The translations under genes were made by a program, and so were the position numbers. A model generated the notes under the pieces. The model ran no database searches, had not been told where the DNA came from, and saw only the letters and a program-made list of their open reading frames with translations. A stretch of 51,831 nt of DNA from Octopus bimaculoides (lineage: Eukaryota). This document shows, piece after piece, positions 45,626 to 51,831 of this stretch (its first letter is position 1; each line of letters opens with the position of its first letter). The stretch covers positions 83,566,124 to 83,617,954 of the forward strand of contig NC_068982.1 of assembly GCF_001194135.2 (NCBI RefSeq), read 5' to 3'.

Positions 45626-47145
45626 TATATATAGATATATATATATATACATAAATATACAGACACAATCACACACACACATATATATAGTTGAAAAGGG
45701 GTTAAGAGTCTATACAAATCAAAAATTATGGTTAAAAAAGTAAATTAAGTTGGAAAAGACAAAAAAGCATATTTTAGAGAATGTTTGATATTTTTGTTAC
45801 AGGGAGTGATTTAAAATATAACTGGTTTTCATGTATCCATCTCATCAAATATTAAAAAGAATCTTTTTGGAAGTCAAAGAGAAAAAAAAGTTGGGTGTTA
45901 ACCCATGTTTTAGTGCATTGTGAAATTTTATTTTAGCATCACATCTTATATATGTTTCATCTATGTAGGTTTGAGCCAGTAGTTTCTATTCAGGATATAG
46001 CCAGCTCTGTGTGTGTGTGTGTGTGTTTGGAATATATTGTCAAAACATTTTTCCTTTTTTTCTATTGAAAGAATATGGTCAGTGGTTCAGTGGGTTTTTT
46101 TTAGGATGGTCATTCAAAGGATTTGGAAGGAATTATTTTTCATTTGCTTTGCTGTGCATGTGTGCATGTTGTTTTGCCTCTCTGTGTGTGTCTATGTATG
46201 TGTCTAGTTTTTGTTTTTTGGAAATATGTTTTGTATATTGTGGTGGGTGTGTAAATGCATGTATGTTTTTGGTTTTTTGGGGTAATATTTTGTGTGACAG
46301 ATCCTTATTTATTAATAGTGGGTGTTTAGATATTTAGTTGTGGTTTAATTTTGCTAAAGAATTTGGTGGGAGTGTGTTGTTTGTTTTTTGTAGTGTGTGT
46401 ATATTTTTAGTGGTGTATTTTTTTGTATTTTGAAAATATGCTCTGTAATTTGTGTGTGGGTTCATGATGTGTGTACTTGGTTTTATGGGAATGTTTGGTG
46501 TGTGTGTGTGCGTGTGAATGACAGGTCCTTATTTATTGATTAATGGTTGATGTTTCAATATTTAGTTGTAGTTTATTCTCCATTATTGGGTGAAAGAATA
46601 TGAGTACTTGTAAAGCGGGGAGATTTTAAAATTGGGTAAGGCCATTTCCACACAGTTTGCAATGTGACTACTGAGGGGAATCTTCCTTTTGCTCTCATCT
46701 CAGATCTGTTGGCAGTGTATCATCATTCTTTTACGTAATGAAATGCCCATCTGTCCTATGAAGTTTTGTTGGCATCCACCACATGTTAATGCATAGATGA
46801 AGTTTCCAGAGTTTCAGGTGCAAAGCTTGTCCATCTTTAAATTTAAATTTTGGTCTTTCCATTAGGCATAATATACATACACACACACACACACACACAC
46901 ACTTACATATATAGATGTACAAATATGTATATTAATTGGAGCAGTCTCATGTGTAACCAGCTGAGAATGCAAAGACGATCAGGAACTCGAATGAGGATAG
47001 GAAGCTCTGAATGACCTGTCCTTTTTTGTATCGTCTAACTGTCCGGATGTTTTGTTGTCACCTGTTACATTCTTGTTCCATTTTTTTTTTTTCTTTTTTT
47101 ACATGTATATTTATACATGTATATATACAAATACACATATACATA

Positions 47146-48382
47146 CAGACTGTCCTCATTTAATGACCTACCTATTTAACGGCCACTCAGAGTTACGATG
47201 AACTTTACAAGCCGTCATTACATATTTTACAAAATATAAAAACTTTAAAACTTTAACTGTCATATTGTGTGCTGTACAAGAACTGCCGCCGTGATGGCAG
47301 CGTATCCCGAGCACCCAGCCTCACCCTCCGACACGCTCGCTCTCTCACTCTCCCGCCTGTGGTCAGTCAGGCAACACAGTCACGCTCTCTGTACTTATAT
47401 TACTATTTCGTCTCTTTTTTCCATTTTCTCTTGCACCCCATACTACAAGATGCCTCCAAAGAGGAAGAATACATCTTCACCTGCAGCAGGAAGCGCCAAG
47501 AAACAATGGAGAGCTATTGATCTTGACACAAAAATGAAAATCATTACAGACTGAATTTGGAAGTGGAAGGGAATGACATTCAAGAATTAGTGGAGATCGA
47601 ATTGGAAGCATTGCAGCACGTGGTGGTGGGAGGAGAAGAAGAAGAAGAAGAAGAAGAAGAAGAAGAAGAAGAAGAAGAAGAAGAAGAAGAACGAACGAAC
47701 GAACGAACGAACGAACGAACGGACAGAAGAAGTACAAAAGAAGTTCACTGTCAAGGGATTAGCGAGTGTTTTCTCGAAAAAATTAATTCTGCTATGCTAG
47801 AACTTCAGGTGATGGATCCAAATTTTGAGCGATTTTCCAAGGTGGAAAGGCAGACAACTGAACTTTTCCGATGTTATCGAGAAATTTATGACGAAAAAAA
47901 AGAAGATAGCAAAGCAAACAACACTGACGGGATTTTTCATGCATTTTGATGTCAAGAATGTGTTGCTTTTGTAATCTTTATCCAAAGTAAAACAAAGTTA
48001 TTATGTTTGAGTTTCCTTTAAATCTTTTATATATAATCCTGAGAAAAGTTTATTAGGCATCATATGTACTGGGCCTGGAATCACAAACATACTTACGATG
48101 TCTGAGCTAGAATAATACAGTATCCATATCTTAACTTTTAAGGTTTTCCTTGTGATAATCTTACTGTTACTCATTCATTTTTCAACAATTTATGTTAGTG
48201 ATTCTTGGCCCTGTACTGCATATACTTCTTTATACAGTACGGTATTCTATTTTTATATGTACGTACAGTACACTAAACCTATTAAAAAAAAAAAACGTAC
48301 CCTATGAATATCCGTTTAACAACGAATTTGCTTAACGACGGGCTGTTGGAACGTAACTCGGTCATTAAATGAAGACAGTCTG
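47146..48382 (+). mobile_element. Internally deleted Tigger/pogo element, 1237 bp
   Basis: 23-bp TIRs CAGACTGTC(C/T)TCATTTAATGACC with one mismatch, TA flanks; N-terminal MPPKRK..RAIDLDTKMKII and C-terminal MDPNFERFSKV..CYREIYDEKK remnants; no DDE core seen. Confidence 0.9.
47635..47720 (+). repeat. Compound microsatellite, ~(GAA)19 followed by ~(GAAC)8
   Basis: Direct reading. Confidence 0.97.
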
Positions 48383-48444
48383 TATATAAATATATATATG
48401 TTCACATATATGTACAAATACATATACACACATATATACATATA

Positions 48445-51400
48445 CTAGCAAATGCACCCATCCTTTGGATGGTGTAAATTATTATAATGGTGCACTCTGT
48501 GGATAGTTTAAGTTGAATTAGCCTGCAGTTAGAAGTCATTTCAAGTGTAAAATGTATAATTATCATTTTCATTAGCAGTTTATAATATGGTATTAAGCAA
48601 CTTAGTTAATGGATAAATTTTTTTGAACACAAATTTGGCAGTTAGTAATAAATGAAAGTCCATGAAATCAGATTGCAATGGCAGTAGGCATTAAGGATCC
48701 TATACCTTACTTGAAGCATTTTGAATCATCTACTTATTTTTCTCGTAATGACAGACACAACTGCATTCAAGCTTTTTTCAATGAAAGCCATGTATGATAT
48801 AGAAAAGCAAGCATTTATAGAAAACACACAAATAGAATAATGGTATGTACAAAACTAAATGTCAGAGCATGCCCATGAGCAAACAGCGTGCGTGAAGTAA
48901 GAAGGGTCATTGAAGGTAATGTACTGTTAACAGCAATCAAGGAAATGAAGCAAAATATTAATGAAATGCTTTCAGGAAGTCTGATTGCTAATGGCTACAG
49001 TTTGGCATAGATGTGAAGATTGCAGTAGAGGAATTACTATTGTAGGGCTGCTTTGTGGATGACACTTTTGGTTTTTCCTTCAGGAGCATAGATGAATAAG
49101 TTGTCTGATGGTTAACTCTGGAACAAATGACATAGAACTGTCCATACGAAAAACATGACTTTCAATAGTCCAATCCAACAACTTTTAGCAACTGACCATG
49201 TGCTTTGTTAATTGTCATGGCGAAGCTGAGTTCAAGAGGGAACTGAAGTCTCTGCATAGCATAGGGGCAGTCTGTTTGGGTAAGTGGAAATTTTGGAATG
49301 AAAACAGTATTGTTTTTGCTGTGTCCCATGATAATTTGGGCTTCAATGATGTGGTCTATCATTTCTTTGACCACAAGGCGAGTTCCACTGCATAATGTGG
49401 GTACATTTAGATTGCGTAGGAGAATGACAGGGCAACCAACTTTTAAGTGAAGTTCATGGGGAGGGAGTCCTGGAGGATCTTGGGAGTTGAGAAATTCTGT
49501 TGGAAAGCATGTACACTGATCAAGGTCAGTAATGGTGTCAACTGATCTGTAACAATGTTCTTGAGAAGGTAGCTAACTGAGTAAGTTGTAGCTTAGAGTG
49601 TTGACAGCTGCATTTGTAGGAGCAAGAACATCCCTGTCGAGAACCCAATCTGGTTTTATGTATTCCATTGTAAGATTTGGGTAAACGGCAGAACATAAGT
49701 CATCAAGGCTGGAGACAGTGTGGCCAATGGTGGTAGTGTCAATGTATCCATTGTGATAGGATGTAATTTGCCCATTGCCGATTTTAAAGAGTATTTCCAA
49801 AAACTAGGTTGTAGGCTGACTAGTCTGAAGGAGTGATCTCCTGTTGATGATGAGTTGTTTCAATTGGACATGCGACCAAAGGAGGGATTTTTTAAGGCAG
49901 GCATTACACTCATCAGTGGGTGATCCTTTGGGTATGATAGGCAGAGTTTGTCAAAAGTCTCTTGCAAAAAGTAGAGTCGCACCTCCAAGGATGTTGTTCA
50001 ACCTAAGGTCACTCATTGTGGTATCAGGTACTTGTAGGGAACATTTATAGGACAAAGTTGCTTCATCCCAATCAATGAGTTAGCCCTTTTTCAAAATTGT
50101 CACTTCGTTCGAGGAATGCATTATGTGGCAGGTTGGGTCTTCTTGATGTGCTACATCGAAAAGCAATTTGAAGGTAGAGTGTGCTGTTTGTCTGCCATTG
50201 AGAAGAGTTGAAGCTATTCCTGAGGAGACAACAGCAATAGCAAGGTCACCAATATGCTGCAACTTTGCAATTAGAAGATTCAGGAGGAATATTTTTCCAG
50301 TTCCACCGGGTGCATCTAAGATGATTCCACCAGTGTGTGTGTAGATGTTTCCGAGAACAAAATTGTATACGTCAGCTTGATCACAATTCAGAAGGGGCTT
50401 GTTATCAGCAATGTACTGTTTGAGTTTGTGGATGTTGTAGGATATTTCTCTGAGAATGAGGCGATTGAGACAGGAGTTTTCATTTGTCTGGAGTGTTGAG
50501 AGAATAAGCATCCAATTGTTGACCTCCAATTGCCATAACCAAGTCTTTCAAGAGAAGAAGTCCTCTGCTGTAAATGGCAGGGGTAGTGGGAGTGTCAATG
50601 ATACCTGTGATTTGGCAAGTCTGCAGCAAAATGTCATGGCACATTGAGTCTTTGTATTTATTCCAAAGTGAATGTGTCTGTCACATTGCAGAAAACCAGC
50701 ATTATTGCAAAAAGGTGTCAGAGCTTGTATGGAGAACGACACAGAGAGGCCTCTTCTAGTGCATTATCATATTGATCATCTGTATCCAAAAGTCCCTGTT
50801 TGGAGCAGGCATCTTTGAAAGTGCCACATAAGTGGCCGTCCACTGTGCGAGGATCATCAAAGGAGGTTGGTCCCTTAATGACATGAAGCAGGAGCTGCAG
50901 ATGGAAGCAGTTGGTGTTCAAGGGGTAAACTGTGTAGACATGTCCGATTGTGCTACCTTTGTACACAGTTGGATCCAACTGTACAGGCTGGCCTTGTTTT
51001 TGCCGTTGCTTCTGGGAAGGTGATTAATTCCATGTATAATAATGTGGTACTTCAGTGTACAAAACAGACTCTGTGAAGGGATCGACTTTGCATAGGTGAA
51101 AGAAGGCTGTGAGAGTGGTCTTTGGTGTGGCAGCTGTTTGTTGAATGAGGTTGTATTCTGTGAAGTAAATTCGCTACCTATTTTCCAAATGAACACCAAG
51201 ATGAATCACAGGACTTGGGCCTAAGGTTCTCCATATGGCTTCATTGGAGGATATGTGGCATCCTGTTTCAAAAATAGTTGTAAAATCTGTTGATCATGTA
51301 GATTTTATTTGGAAAATAGCTCTCTCTGATTCTTTGGTAATGTACTTGCATACATAACATATGGATGACAGAATTAAGGAATTCTACATTGATGTGTGCA

Positions 51401-51715
51401 TGAAAAGTTTTACAGAGCATCTTGTTGTTGGGTATGACACACCAACTATCAACCAAAAAAGTGTAGTGAGGGATACAAATGAAAGAAAAACAATCAATTT
51501 CTAAATGTTGCTTCGCAAAAATTTATTTCTCTTGTCCACAGCAGTCACTGTGCAACATAAATGGAAGTTTTTCCGACCCTTTCTCACCCTACAAGTCCCA
51601 TTATTCTATAAGTGAAAAATCTAAAGAGTGAACTAAATCAGATTTAAAATATTGATTTTAAGTGGGATGAAGTAAAATGACCTATCACATACACACACAT
51701 CTTCCATCTTATAGA
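48445..51715 (-). mobile_element. Internally deleted Helitron with both termini, 3271 bp; Rep C-terminus and PIF1-like helicase pseudogene
   Basis: Minus strand 5' A|TCTATAAG at 51715; 3' hairpin CCATCC-AAA-GGATGG then CATTTGCTAG|T at 48445; HINVEF..Y(V)CKYITKG (~51330-51400), LDAPGGTGK (50080-50529), QFPLELSFAMTINKAHGQ (49162-49374). Confidence 0.9.
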
Positions 51716-51740
51716 TACACACACACATGTATACAAATAC

Positions 51741-51787
<47 letters not shown>

Positions 51788-51831
51788 TATACATATATAT
51801 ACATACATTCATATATATATATATATATATA
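51716..51831. repeat. (CA)/(TA)-rich microsatellite
   Basis: Direct reading. Confidence 0.95.

Noticed and set aside
46011-46337. Hydrophobic Cys/Phe-rich ORF as a membrane protein
   Set aside because: By-product of T/G-rich low-complexity sequence
47557-47949. 130-aa ORF with poly-Glu as a host protein
   Set aside because: Made of a microsatellite plus a Tigger C-terminal remnant between TIRs
28714-51831. Upstream Cip4 exons (N-terminal F-BAR part)
   Set aside because: Non-TE stretches were scanned by eye without finding a matching frame with splice sites; they probably lie beyond the window or in gaps, though a very short exon could have been missed

Overview
Eukaryotic, AT-rich, gap-containing draft genomic DNA. 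The repeat landscape (RTE LINEs with (GAT)n tails, tRNA-derived CORE-type SINEs, dense TA/GT microsatellites) suggests a cephalopod, probably Octopus; this is inference from recalled repeat families. The window appears to lie inside one minus-strand host gene, a Cip4/FNBP1L/Toca-1-type F-BAR protein. Three short coding exons (28463-28589, clipped by an N gap; 8836-8898; 8349-8453) splice in frame through GT-AG sites, and none is in the ORF track in its correct frame. The rest is intronic and packed with decayed transposons: about nine RTE LINE copies or fragments, four piggyBac copies, two mariners, two Tigger/pogo-like elements, Helitrons, SINEs and fold-back repeats. Highlights: (1) a candidate minimal type I hammerhead ribozyme at 32364-32414 with a palindromic helix III, a CCGAUGA core variant and an inverted partial twin running into a gap; (2) a four-level nest (RTE > piggyBac with perfect 15-bp TIRs and TTAA TSDs > SINE > RTE) at about 36440-45625; (3) a Helitron N-terminus with exact 69-bp/23-aa STPR-like repeats; (4) long intronic hairpins, one 34 nt from a splice donor; (5) a candidate poison exon. 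No rRNA, tRNA genes or CRISPR arrays were seen. TE boundaries without TIR/TSD evidence are approximate.
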